Source: a virus
Length of the DNA: 64,000 bases
Virus record (IMG/VR): IMGVR_UViG_3300020473_000023
Span: 1 to 64,000 of that record
Direction: 5' to 3' (one strand)
This document shows, piece by piece, positions 37,882 through 47,525 of this stretch (positions are counted from its first letter, which is position 1; each line of letters opens with the position of its first letter). Made by a program: the position numbers and the translations under genes. The notes beneath the pieces are model-generated. The model saw only the letters and a program-made list of their open reading frames with translations, made no database searches and had not been told where the DNA came from.

Positions 37882-38616
37882 CTATACAGAGACGTTAAAC
37901 TCTTCGTCTCTTTCAATGTCTTCATAGATTCCAAATCGAAGTCTTAGAATCTTTTCTTCTCTTGGCGAAAGCTTTCTTAAAGAGCTCTTAATCACCTCGA
38001 GTGTTTTTTGTCTATCGAGGGCTGCATCAGGCGTCTCTGTCCTGTCATCAGAGATAATCTCTTCAAACCTTCTTCCATTTTTTTCATCGCCGAGTGCAGC
38101 ATCTAATGAAATTGAATTTTGAACAGCTGCAGATTCAAGACTAAGCTTGATCATCGCTTCTGTTACGCCAAGCAAGTCTGCAATCTCACTAGTAGTGGGC
38201 TGGTGTCGAAATTCATCTTCATATTCCTTGCAAATTCTTTTAATTTTCCATATTAAGCCAGAAGCATGAGCAGGAACTCTAACAGTCGACTTATGAGAGC
38301 TCAAGTGCCGACTCACAGACTGTCTAATCCACCAGCTGGCATATGTGCTAAATTTAAAACCTCGTCTCCAGTCAAATCGATCAACAGCTTTCATAAGCCC
38401 AATATTTGATTCCTGGATTAAGTCCTCTAAATCACAGCCCATTTTAGAATATTTTTTTGCAATACTGATCGCTAGTCGAAGATTACACTGAATCATTCTA
38501 TCTCTAGCGTGAAGATCACCATTTTCAATGGCTTGAGAGAGAATAACTTCTTCTTCTCGAGTTAAAAGGTCGTATCTTGATACATCTTTAAAGTAATAGT
38601 TTAATATATTTGACAT
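37882..38616 (-). CDS. Sigma70 (RpoD/RpoS-like) factor truncated before the region 4.2 recognition helix
   Basis: LLTREEE, NLRLAISIAKKY, DLIQE.NIGLMKAVDRFD..RGFKFSTYASWWIRQ, SLD, LSPREEKILRLRFGI then stop. Confidence 0.9.
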   Translation of the reverse strand: MSNILNYYFKDVSRYDLLTREEEVILSQAIENGDLHARDRMIQCNLRLAISIAKKYSKMGCDLEDLIQESNIGLMKAVDRFDWRRGFKFSTYASWWIRQSVSRHLSSHKSTVRVPAHASGLIWKIKRICKEYEDEFRHQPTTSEIADLLGVTEAMIKLSLESAAVQNSISLDAALGDEKNGRRFEEIISDDRTETPDAALDRQKTLEVIKSSLRKLSPREEKILRLRFGIYEDIERDEEFNVSV

Positions 38617-38993
38617 TTAATTTACAAATTGATAATTGAAATATTAATGACACAGAATTGTGTCACACTAAATATAGTCACGACAATAATAAAGGAAAGG
38701 CTTTATTTATTTCTTCGTGATCTTTTTTGAATAAATTCTTCATGAGCCCTTCGTCGCTTCTCTCTAATGAAGATTTCTCTCTGAAGATAACAGAGCTCGA
38801 TTTCAAGATGTTTCTTGTTATCTTTTTGATTTTTATAGGTTAAAAGGTTTTTAATTTTAGAAGATTGACCATACAAATCTTCATCTGCCATAACTGAAAT
38901 CTTATCAATGTTCAGCTTTCTCATAGATATCCTCTTTTTTAATGTTATCTAGTTGATTAAAAACAGCCATATTGGGATAGTTCCCAATTAATA

Positions 38994-39215
38994 TTATAAA
39001 TCACAATTACACTTTTTACACGTAGATCCAAGCATTTCTTTATATATTTTTTTAACCCTTCTAGAGGCAGTGTGTGTAAATAGAAATGGAACAAGAGAAT
39101 GAACAAAGAGAGCAAAAGAAGCTATGCATGACTCACCGGACCACCTAAGTGATCTTTTCATATGATCAACATAGGAAATATTATTTTCTTTAAGATGAGA
39201 ATCTAGAAGTCCCAT
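38994..39215 (-). CDS. DUF6356-like small membrane protein
   Basis: HL......Y..H...S...VH...PFLF..TAS. Confidence 0.65.
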   Translation of the reverse strand: MGLLDSHLKENNISYVDHMKRSLRWSGESCIASFALFVHSLVPFLFTHTASRRVKKIYKEMLGSTCKKCNCDL

Positions 39216-39216
39216 A

Positions 39217-39552
39217 TCACACCGCCATTAAATCAAAAAACGTTTTAACTACAAGCCCAACAAGAACAGAAATCACCATCCAGCTTACCTTTCTATAGGA
39301 GGCAAGCTGAGACTTCATAACAGCAAAGTCCTCTCCAAGCGCTGCTGGGATTCTTGAACAATGTGCTTCAAGAAGCTGAAGCCTTGTCTCTTGGTTGGAA
39401 GTGATATTTTTCATATCATCTAGTGATGTTTCTAGCTTGTTCATGCCCACCATAAGTTGCTCAATCTTTGCCTCGACATTTGCAGAAGAAACTTTAATCT
39501 CTGTTAAAGATTCCTGAAGCTTTCCTACCCATTCAGCGCTAGCATTAGACAT
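39217..39552 (-). CDS. Coiled-coil protein with C-terminal TM
   Basis: Heptads plus hydrophobic tail. Confidence 0.6.
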   Translation of the reverse strand: MSNASAEWVGKLQESLTEIKVSSANVEAKIEQLMVGMNKLETSLDDMKNITSNQETRLQLLEAHCSRIPAALGEDFAVMKSQLASYRKVSWMVISVLVGLVVKTFFDLMAV

Positions 39553-39685
39553 TTTCTACCCTCCCTCTAAAGCGAAAACAAAACAAACAAAGCACAAGAT
39601 TAATTAATCTGAACTTAGTACTTTTCTATAATATAAAAGTAAAGGAGTCTTGTGAACACTGAAGAAGAAAATCTATTATCTACGA

Positions 39686-40069
39686 TCATAAGACAATAGG
39701 TTTTCCATTATGTAGAACCCTCTTACTGTTAACTGTAATTACTTTAACAATCTCTACACCAGGTAATTTTTTAATATTTTTGCAAAGGCTGTAAATGTTA
39801 TCATAGTTCGTCTGACCGTCTTTCGGTAAAAACTTAACATAAACAATAAGAATAGAGTTTCCACCTCTTGTACTTCTAAGCACCTTATCACCCTGTCCGA
39901 CAACAGAAACACCTTCAAGAACTCTAATTCTTGTTAAAGTGTCTGGAACATGACCGTCTGGATGCATTATTAGTCGCAACGTTGTCTTGGCAAGATTTAC
40001 TTTAAGTCGAAAGTCTGCCTCAAGCAGAAGGTCAATAGCTGATCTTAAATCTTCTTCTTCCCTTTTCAT
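39686..40069 (-). CDS. Tagged hypothetical protein
   Basis: EEDLRSAIDLLLEA; ATATTTA at 40091-40097. Confidence 0.65.
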   Translation of the reverse strand: MKREEEDLRSAIDLLLEADFRLKVNLAKTTLRLIMHPDGHVPDTLTRIRVLEGVSVVGQGDKVLRSTRGGNSILIVYVKFLPKDGQTNYDNIYSLCKNIKKLPGVEIVKVITVNSKRVLHNGKPIVL

Positions 40070-40116
40070 TGCAAGAAGCCCCCGTGTGAATAAATATCAT
40101 CCACAGTAGGTAAAAT

Positions 40117-41727
40117 CTACAACTGATGAAACTCAGCTTGGTCCTCGTCTACCATCGTGCATCCGACAGTAAGCATCATAGATGCAGCTGAGGAAGCATT
40201 CTCCAGTGCAGTTCTAACAACCTTTAAAGGATCTATAATTCCCATCTCCATCATATCACCATACTCATCTGAAAATGCGTTGTAGCCAAGATTCTTTTTC
40301 ATTCCAGTAACCCTGTCTAGAACAACATCCGGTGTTCCTCCAGAATTAATTACGATCTGTCTCAAGGGTTCAGAGCATGCTCTTCTTACAATCTGCCTTC
40401 CAGCCTCGAATCCAGACATAGCATCTGCATCATTATTAGAAAGTATGCTCGCTGCCCTAACAAGGGCAACTCCTCCGCCAGGTAAGATCCCTTCTTCTAT
40501 TGCTGCCTGAGTAGCGTGAAGCGCATCATCAACCCTGTCTTTTCTCTCCCGTAATTCAACCTCTGTCGCACCACCAACCTTAAGAACAGCAACACCACCA
40601 GAGAGCTTCGAAAGCCTATCTTTTAAAATCAACTCCTCAGCCTCTTCAAGAGCGGGGGATTTAAGCTGCTCCCGTATTGAAGTGACTCTTTCCTTAACAG
40701 CTGATTGATCACCTGAACATCCGATAAAGACGGTATTGTTTTTTCCACATATTATCTTTTTACACGTTCCAAGGTTTTCAATGCTGGCTTCTTTAAGAGA
40801 GGTCCCTGTCGTATCCGAGACAATATCACAATCTAAAAGAACGGCGAGGTCTTGAAGCATCGCTATTCTGCTTTCTCCAAATCCAGGAGACTTAATTGCA
40901 CAAGACTCAAGTGTCCCTTTAAGGTGATTAACAACAAGACCCTGCATTGCATCTCCGTCGACATCATCTGCAATTACAAACAAGGGATGACCTGATTCGA
41001 GAACGACTTCAAGAATGTGCATAATATCTTTAAGATTTGTAATTCTAGAATTAGAAAGTAAAACATAGGGATTCTTAATCTCAGATATCATCTTGTCTTG
41101 ATTGTTGACAAAGTATGGAGACAGGTACCCTCTTTCAATATTCATTCCCTCTACAGTTGTTAAAGTAGTATTAAATCCTTTTGCCTCCTCAACTGTGATC
41201 ACACCATCTCTTCCAACAGAGTTAATTGCCTCAACTAAAAGAGATCCAATTTCTGTCTCCCCGTTGGCTGAAATAGTACCAACATGTTCTATTTCTTTAT
41301 CTGTTGTAACTTCAATAGAAAGCTCTCTTAGCTTGTCTATTACATCTGAGACTGCACTTTCGATACCCTTCTTAATTTCTGATGATTGAAATCCAGCAGC
41401 AAGCATCCGAACCCCCTCAGAAAATATTGATTGAGATAGAACTGTTGCTGTTGTGGTGCCGTCACCTGCAACTTCAGCCGTTCTAGAGGCTGCCTCTTTA
41501 ATAATTTGAACACCTAGATTGTCAAACTTATCTTTTAAATTTACAGCCCTGGCAACTGTAACCCCATCTTTTGTCAGGATTGGCGAGCCAGATTGTTGCT
41601 CAATGACTACGTTTTGACCTCTTGGTCCCATAGTTATTTTAACTGCATTTGCCAAGATATTTACTCCGGTTAGGAGCCTCTCTCTTGCAGAAACATCAAA
41701 CTTTATAATCTTATTTGTCTGAGACAT
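40117..41727 (-). CDS. groEL: Chaperonin GroEL
   Basis: TMGPRG, TKDGVTVA, AGDGTTTATVL, GGVAVLKVG, GIIDP; lacks the GGM tail. Confidence 0.96.
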   Translation of the reverse strand: MSQTNKIIKFDVSARERLLTGVNILANAVKITMGPRGQNVVIEQQSGSPILTKDGVTVARAVNLKDKFDNLGVQIIKEAASRTAEVAGDGTTTATVLSQSIFSEGVRMLAAGFQSSEIKKGIESAVSDVIDKLRELSIEVTTDKEIEHVGTISANGETEIGSLLVEAINSVGRDGVITVEEAKGFNTTLTTVEGMNIERGYLSPYFVNNQDKMISEIKNPYVLLSNSRITNLKDIMHILEVVLESGHPLFVIADDVDGDAMQGLVVNHLKGTLESCAIKSPGFGESRIAMLQDLAVLLDCDIVSDTTGTSLKEASIENLGTCKKIICGKNNTVFIGCSGDQSAVKERVTSIREQLKSPALEEAEELILKDRLSKLSGGVAVLKVGGATEVELRERKDRVDDALHATQAAIEEGILPGGGVALVRAASILSNNDADAMSGFEAGRQIVRRACSEPLRQIVINSGGTPDVVLDRVTGMKKNLGYNAFSDEYGDMMEMGIIDPLKVVRTALENASSAASMMLTVGCTMVDEDQAEFHQL

Positions 41728-41917
41728 TTTTACCCTTTAAGGATTTTCCGCTTAGATTCTGAAATAATTGAACCTGCATCGAGAACTCTTCGGGACTTTG
41801 TGAGAACATTTTCTGCAACCACTATATCTCCAACCTGTATTGCAACCTCACACTCCTGAAGAACGCCTTTGTCTCTTAGATCCTTGATATCAGAATCAGA
41901 TAAAATCTTTTCAATGC

Positions 41918-42364
41918 TCATATTAGCCCCTCTATTTTTGACATATTAACCTTTCCTTTAATCCCATTTCCGAGATCTATCATTACTGTACTATCTAACT
42001 GGCTTCCGGTGTCCATGATATCAATAGCCTTTTTACTTATATCTTCATCATCACTGGAATTAAAAATTTCACTACTGGTCTCAAACTTTGAATTAGCAAT
42101 TGCAATAGATTCATTAACAAGAGTATCTATTGCAGATGTTGCATTTTCTACCATTAAGGCTCTAATATCTTTTGAACTTGTAAATATTTCACAATCTATT
42201 TTTGAAAGATCGATCTTAGTGCCTTCAGAATTCGGAAGCTTAACGACATAAGAAACATTTTCTCCCTCAATGCTCTTTCTAACTATTTGCTCGACAATTT
42301 GAACCGGTGCTATTTTTTGGCTTTTGTTAATTAAGAGATATAAAATTTGACCAACATCATACAC
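41918..42364 (-). CDS. Hypothetical protein with SH3-like N-terminus
   Basis: YDVGQILYL...; GTG start with GGAG SD. Confidence 0.6.
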   Translation of the reverse strand: MYDVGQILYLLINKSQKIAPVQIVEQIVRKSIEGENVSYVVKLPNSEGTKIDLSKIDCEIFTSSKDIRALMVENATSAIDTLVNESIAIANSKFETSSEIFNSSDDEDISKKAIDIMDTGSQLDSTVMIDLGNGIKGKVNMSKIEGLI

Positions 42365-42411
42365 TTGAATTCTCCGACTAGAAAAGATACACTACAGAAC
42401 AGAAAAAGTAT

Positions 42412-42440
42412 AAAAAAATAGGAGACCTTTCGGCCTCCTA
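42412..42440 (-). terminator. Rho-independent terminator
   Basis: TAGGAGGCC-GAAA-GGTCTCCTA followed by T7. Confidence 0.85.
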
Positions 42441-42673
42441 GTTTTAAACTATAGAAAAATAAATCACCGCTTTAAGCTATTGAGATATTCTTCTATATCA
42501 CCCGTAAGGACAAGAAAGGTCTCCTTCCCGCCGGATTGTTTTGTATATGGTGATAAGTTAAGTCTCATTAACTCATCTCTTAGGCGATGCTCTTCTCTGT
42601 ATCCGCCATATGTGGTATAAATCTGTACTAACCGCTCAATAACGGAAGGATGTAGCTGCATTATTTCTCCTGG

Positions 42674-43282
42674 CTATTTAAACCCGATTCCAAGTCCCGC
42701 AACAGCAACCTGTCCAGGCTTGCTGTGTTGAGGCTTATTATCACCGTACATCCAGTTTCTTGTAGTGTATAGGCCGCCGTCACCCATTTCTTCAACTATG
42801 CTACCAATCTCTTTTCTAATGGCATCTCTAAGTTGATTTTCTTCCTGCAACCTCTTGCTTGACAAGTTGTTTCGCTTAGCTCGCTCTTTCTTCATTCTAG
42901 AAATCTCTCTTCGAAGCATAGACTCATTAATCTCAACCATCTCTTCCATCGGGCCGCCAAGCTCTTCATCGGTGATGGCGTCATAGTCCTGCTCCTCAAC
43001 TGGGGCGAGCGAATCGAGGGCTTCCGCGTCTTCATCACTCATCGTCATCTCATCACCGCCTCCTGGAGGATCATCAAGTTCTCCCATGGCGAATGGGTTG
43101 TTATCTTCATCGCCGCCCTCTGGAGGCTCGTCAAGCTCATTCAGGTCTCCTGAATACCAATCAACTCCCTCATCATGGCCCTCATCATGTCGGCTTTGAT
43201 TTCCTGACTCATTTAGTGATCTTCTGTCTGAAGAAGTAGAAATTCCAGCAAGCTTTGCTAGTCTATTGGCATTGAAACGCAT
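42674..43282 (-). CDS. Acidic multi-tag protein (scaffold/core-like)
   Basis: RLAKLAGI, INESMLRREI and ENQLRDAIRKEI motifs; ATATTTA at 43306-43312. Confidence 0.7.
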   Translation of the reverse strand: MRFNANRLAKLAGISTSSDRRSLNESGNQSRHDEGHDEGVDWYSGDLNELDEPPEGGDEDNNPFAMGELDDPPGGGDEMTMSDEDAEALDSLAPVEEQDYDAITDEELGGPMEEMVEINESMLRREISRMKKERAKRNNLSSKRLQEENQLRDAIRKEIGSIVEEMGDGGLYTTRNWMYGDNKPQHSKPGQVAVAGLGIGFK

Positions 43283-43781
43283 GATAAATCTCCTATACGC
43301 TGAATTAAATATTTCACAACTTTAGAAAATTCAATCAACTTTTATATGTTCTTGCTCTGTAGTTTCAGCTTCTAGGTTATTTCTAACCCTCCCGGTTATT
43401 GCAGAACCCTTTGCGGCAGCAACTCCAAGCGGCTCTAATCCCAGAGCGCCTCTAACAATATCGTAAATTGAAGGAGAAAGCTTATCTTTAAGAACAGCCA
43501 TGTCTGCGTATTGGTGAAGATCCCACTCATATACGGGAACCTCTTCGCCCTCCAGCCCCGGTTCGTAATTTCCACTAGCACGACTTTCAAATATAAATAG
43601 CATTCTGGGCATATCTTCACCCAGTGGAACCATTATAAAGGGTATCTGGGAAGATACACCCTCCTGAGACTCTTCATACATGATCTCAGGAAACCAATTA
43701 GAAACTTTTTCTGTCATAGCAAACCTCCGCTAATATGTGTATTATGCCACAATTAAATCCAAAAGTTTATATTATATTTCT

Positions 43782-44951
43782 CTATAAAGCCGGCTCTGCT
43801 TCAAGGGGTCGAATTTGCTGCAGTGTTTCTTCATAGATTGGCTTTATTGCTACTAGGATTGCCTCTTGGACTTCGGGTGAATCAGAGGAAGTCTCGCTTA
43901 CAATTCTATCAAGAGACCCCCCGATAACACCAGAAAAAATATCTGGAATTAAAACCCTTATTTGAGAAAATAAATCCTCAGACCCTGCCTGAATATCTTC
44001 GACAGTAACGTTTTCTCCAGTAATCTTTTTCACTCTTTGAGCAAGGACTTGCGGGGTAAAAGACCCTGATTCTCCGGGTTTTCCCATAAGAGAAGAAAGG
44101 CTTATAGCAAGTGAATTTAAATCTTGAGAAGACATGGCATCACGATACATTACCAATAGATTGTCCATGTCTAATCTGGCAGAATTTGACAATTCAGAAA
44201 CTACTTCTGGAACCTGTGACACATCAATCTGTGGCAGCACTTCTTGAGCTGGGTCAGGAAGTTCACCCAATCCATCATCAGGCTCTTGAAGGTCATCAAT
44301 CTCTGGATCAACCTCAACGACTTCAGGATCTATTTGACTCTGATCAATGGGCTCTAGATCGACAAGAGGCTCATCTTCTAAGGGTGTAGCCAAGATAGTT
44401 TCTTGTGCCTCTTCCTCTTCCTCTGCAGCCGCCTCAATCGCATCGTCAACTATTTTATCTGCCTCTGCCTCTTCTCCAGCCCTAGCCTCATCTGCCTCTA
44501 ATAAAAAATCAAGCGACATATTTTCAAGACTGAACGTATCAAGTGAATAGTGAATGCTTTCTGTTGCAAGGCCAGTTGTCTGAAGAATTCCTGGACGCTG
44601 CTGCGTACGCCCGAGAAAACCTCGTGCCTTTCTAAGTGTTGTAGCTTGATTGGTCACGATGCTTTCATAATCCGGAGTCCCACCCCCAAGAAGTCCCTTC
44701 ATCCCTTCAGCACCTATCTTAAATACTGATTCAGCTCCCTTGTAGGCAGCAACACCAGCGTAAGCAAGAGATGAGACAACACCTATGGCATGCCCTATTA
44801 TCTTCTTAACAGAACCTATCCACCCAATAACGTCAGGCATAGTACCCACACCGACAGACTGACCGGCACGTCGGACGTCTCCTCGATCTTTTCGTTCAGC
44901 AATTAAAGACTCTCTAATAAACTGACGGATTAATTTTTCATTTGAGCTCAC
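43782..44951 (-). CDS. Tagged acidic hypothetical protein
   Basis: NEKLIRQFIRESLIAE; GTG start at 44951 after GGGAG. Confidence 0.65.
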   Translation of the reverse strand: MSSNEKLIRQFIRESLIAERKDRGDVRRAGQSVGVGTMPDVIGWIGSVKKIIGHAIGVVSSLAYAGVAAYKGAESVFKIGAEGMKGLLGGGTPDYESIVTNQATTLRKARGFLGRTQQRPGILQTTGLATESIHYSLDTFSLENMSLDFLLEADEARAGEEAEADKIVDDAIEAAAEEEEEAQETILATPLEDEPLVDLEPIDQSQIDPEVVEVDPEIDDLQEPDDGLGELPDPAQEVLPQIDVSQVPEVVSELSNSARLDMDNLLVMYRDAMSSQDLNSLAISLSSLMGKPGESGSFTPQVLAQRVKKITGENVTVEDIQAGSEDLFSQIRVLIPDIFSGVIGGSLDRIVSETSSDSPEVQEAILVAIKPIYEETLQQIRPLEAEPAL

Positions 44952-45203
44952 CAAACAACTCCCTTCTCTCAGCAAGTGTTCTTAGGACAAGCCTAACACC
45001 TGTTAGATCATGATAATAATTAATCAGCTCCTGCTCAAAATTATTAAGCCACTGCTCCTTTGTCTTAGGGTCTCTGGTGGAAAAATTCTTTCTAAGCCCT
45101 GAGGGTATTCCAAGCATGATCTGCTTCTTAATCATAACCCAGTCATCCATGTCGCCCGCGTAAGATGACACAAATTCAACTTGCTCCCTGATCCTGTCAG
45201 GAA

Positions 45204-46679
45204 TCATCTATTCATTCCCAGCAAGAGCATCTCTCTGACGAACTCTCTTAGGAGCGATTCCCGAATCTTATCATACATGACAAATCCACTTTCTTGCCCT
45301 TGGGGCGACATCTGAACATCTCCAATTGTAATATCTTCCTTGTTAACAGCCCTAGCTGGATCAAGCATAACAGCAGCTTTTGCCCTATCTGCTATCACGA
45401 TTTGAAATCTAAGGCCCATTATCGGCTTGACGGGAGATGATTCCGAGTCTCCAGCGGGAGGTGAAAGATATTTCTTAGGCCTTCCTGCAGAACCGGTTAT
45501 AATTACTGTAGGTTTCTCATTTGGAGAGAGGTCATCAATAGAAGAGTAGACAGATCCAGGTATAGTGAGTGTTTTTGTGGATGGGTCCCATTCTCCTACG
45601 GGCTCATCGGCGTAATAGTCTCCTTTAAGGACAAGGTCTGCTCTATTTTCTCCAGACCCAAAGACAGCATGCTCCATAAACTCAGGACCCAAATACTCAT
45701 CTGGAACTGTAAAGTTGGTTCTAATCTGTTGACCATCCTTTTCAACAACCATCTTAGAGCCCGCTTGATTTGGACCTGCTCCAACTATCTTTGCTATTCC
45801 CCCACCGTCAACCTCGACTCCAGAACCTTCCAGGGCCTGAAGGAGCGGGCTTAGCAGGGGAAAGGACATGTCCGCAGAGAGCCAGTGACCAGCATTTATC
45901 ATTTTCATGCTGACACCTATCTCACTCTCACCTCCGTTGTACACAATGTCGACATCACTCTTTGAGGTAACTCCGCCCTTCTTTTCTGTTCCGGCAGCCT
46001 TGGCGCTAATAACTCCCTTAAGTGACGTATTATTCTTGCCTTTCCGATCCAGAAAGACAACAGTTAAAGGATAATCTCGACCGAGATCCGACTCATACGG
46101 GGGAAGCCCTTGCACAGCAAGATTTATGTCATCAGTGACTCTTTCTTCGCTTATAATCCCTAGAGACTTCGAGCCTCCTGCCCCTTGGACCTTAAATGCA
46201 AGTTTTTGATGAGGTGTAATGTCATCTTTCCCTGTCTTTGTAAACTGGCCAAGAGATTTAACAAACTCAATTGGACCAAGGCCCTGTGGGCCTTGCATGA
46301 CCTGAACTTTTATTCCTTGATTTTTCACCATTTTCTGGAGAGCCTGAGCCCCTGACTCTCTCTGCTCCTGGTCTTTTCCAGAAATTAGTGAGAGGTTCTC
46401 AAGAAATGTAATTATCTCTCGATTGTGTGGATCATCTTTGAGAATTATACCTTGAATAAATTCTTCTGGATAAAGATCTCCGTCAATGGAAGCTTCTTTG
46501 CGAACGCTAATTGTAAAGTAGTCGCCTGTTCGGATCTTCTCCAGCATTATTAAAAATCTATCAGGCCTACCGGCACTGCTCTTTGGCTTTGATAGCTCTC
46601 CAGCAGTCAGCCCGACCCGATTGGCTTCTAGAAAAAGCTCTCTTATGTACTGTCTAAGAAGTGACTCAGAAATCATCAT
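45204..46679 (-). CDS. Double-tagged protein with a PD-(D/E)xK-like nuclease motif
   Basis: N-terminal SESLLRQYIRELFLEA and C-terminal RESLLREFVREML; KSDVDI...GVSMK. Confidence 0.6.
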   Translation of the reverse strand: MMISESLLRQYIRELFLEANRVGLTAGELSKPKSSAGRPDRFLIMLEKIRTGDYFTISVRKEASIDGDLYPEEFIQGIILKDDPHNREIITFLENLSLISGKDQEQRESGAQALQKMVKNQGIKVQVMQGPQGLGPIEFVKSLGQFTKTGKDDITPHQKLAFKVQGAGGSKSLGIISEERVTDDINLAVQGLPPYESDLGRDYPLTVVFLDRKGKNNTSLKGVISAKAAGTEKKGGVTSKSDVDIVYNGGESEIGVSMKMINAGHWLSADMSFPLLSPLLQALEGSGVEVDGGGIAKIVGAGPNQAGSKMVVEKDGQQIRTNFTVPDEYLGPEFMEHAVFGSGENRADLVLKGDYYADEPVGEWDPSTKTLTIPGSVYSSIDDLSPNEKPTVIITGSAGRPKKYLSPPAGDSESSPVKPIMGLRFQIVIADRAKAAVMLDPARAVNKEDITIGDVQMSPQGQESGFVMYDKIRESLLREFVREMLLLGMNR

Positions 46680-46715
46680 TATTGTATACCTGATTATCTA
46701 GTATACATATTCACT

Positions 46716-47525
46716 CTAAGACGTTCTTAATAGCGACTCATTAATATAGTTAGTCGCCCGTAGAGCCTCTCTGGGCATCTTTGACTCATAGTCTGCAATG
46801 TAATTCATGCCCGTTGCACCTGTGACTCTGTCGCTGAATTCACGCAAAACAGGCCTAATTCGTGCGTCCTTTACACAGTAGTTAACGAGACCCTTAAAGG
46901 TTCGGACATCTTCAGGTTGCGCCTTAAGCTTAAGGACCTTCATGATGTGCCGTGGACAGGTGATTCTACGCTCTAGAATCGGACCCCTGCCTCGCTTAAT
47001 CATCATCCCACCTGGATAGGCTATGGTAATCTTAACATCCTCTCCTGAAGATTCAGTAATCTCTCTAGATCGATCCTTAGCAATCAGGCTAAGTAGAAGG
47101 TTTCTAAAGACACCCTTTACCTGGCCTCCCGACATAAGCCACGCAGTTCCGGAAGGATCTTGGCTTGTCATCACATCTATCTGAACATGTTCATTTAATT
47201 GGGTGCCTCTAATTGGGTACCTGACTGAGACAATTGATCCAACCTTCTTAACTTGGTCTAGACCGAGAGACTCAGATAGATATTCAAACACCTCATGCTT
47301 AAAGTATTTTGGATCTAGATCTCCGCAGCCTACGACCACATCCATGTCACCCAGAAGCTGTGATGTTGATCTACTGTCTGTGCTTCCCAGTGGGTGGCAC
47401 TCAGTTATTCCAAGCTGACTAAGGTAGTCATCCCTAAATGAGCATAGCGTCTCTTCAACGTTCTCTCGCCTAATCATTGTAACAGTTGGATTTCCAAAAG
47501 CGTCCCTAAAAACCTTACCACCCAT
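46716..47525 (-). CDS. Pol-beta/PolX-like nucleotidyltransferase
   Basis: MGG.VF start; LGST...GDMDVVV; VQIDVM. Confidence 0.75.
   Translation of the reverse strand: MGGKVFRDAFGNPTVTMIRRENVEETLCSFRDDYLSQLGITECHPLGSTDSRSTSQLLGDMDVVVGCGDLDPKYFKHEVFEYLSESLGLDQVKKVGSIVSVRYPIRGTQLNEHVQIDVMTSQDPSGTAWLMSGGQVKGVFRNLLLSLIAKDRSREITESSGEDVKITIAYPGGMMIKRGRGPILERRITCPRHIMKVLKLKAQPEDVRTFKGLVNYCVKDARIRPVLREFSDRVTGATGMNYIADYESKMPREALRATNYINESLLRTS

Noticed and set aside
37851-37884. Programmed frameshift or readthrough joining sigma to the HTH gene
   Set aside because: The ORFs are out of frame across a 31-nt spacer and the HTH gene has its own strong SD, so separate translation is simpler
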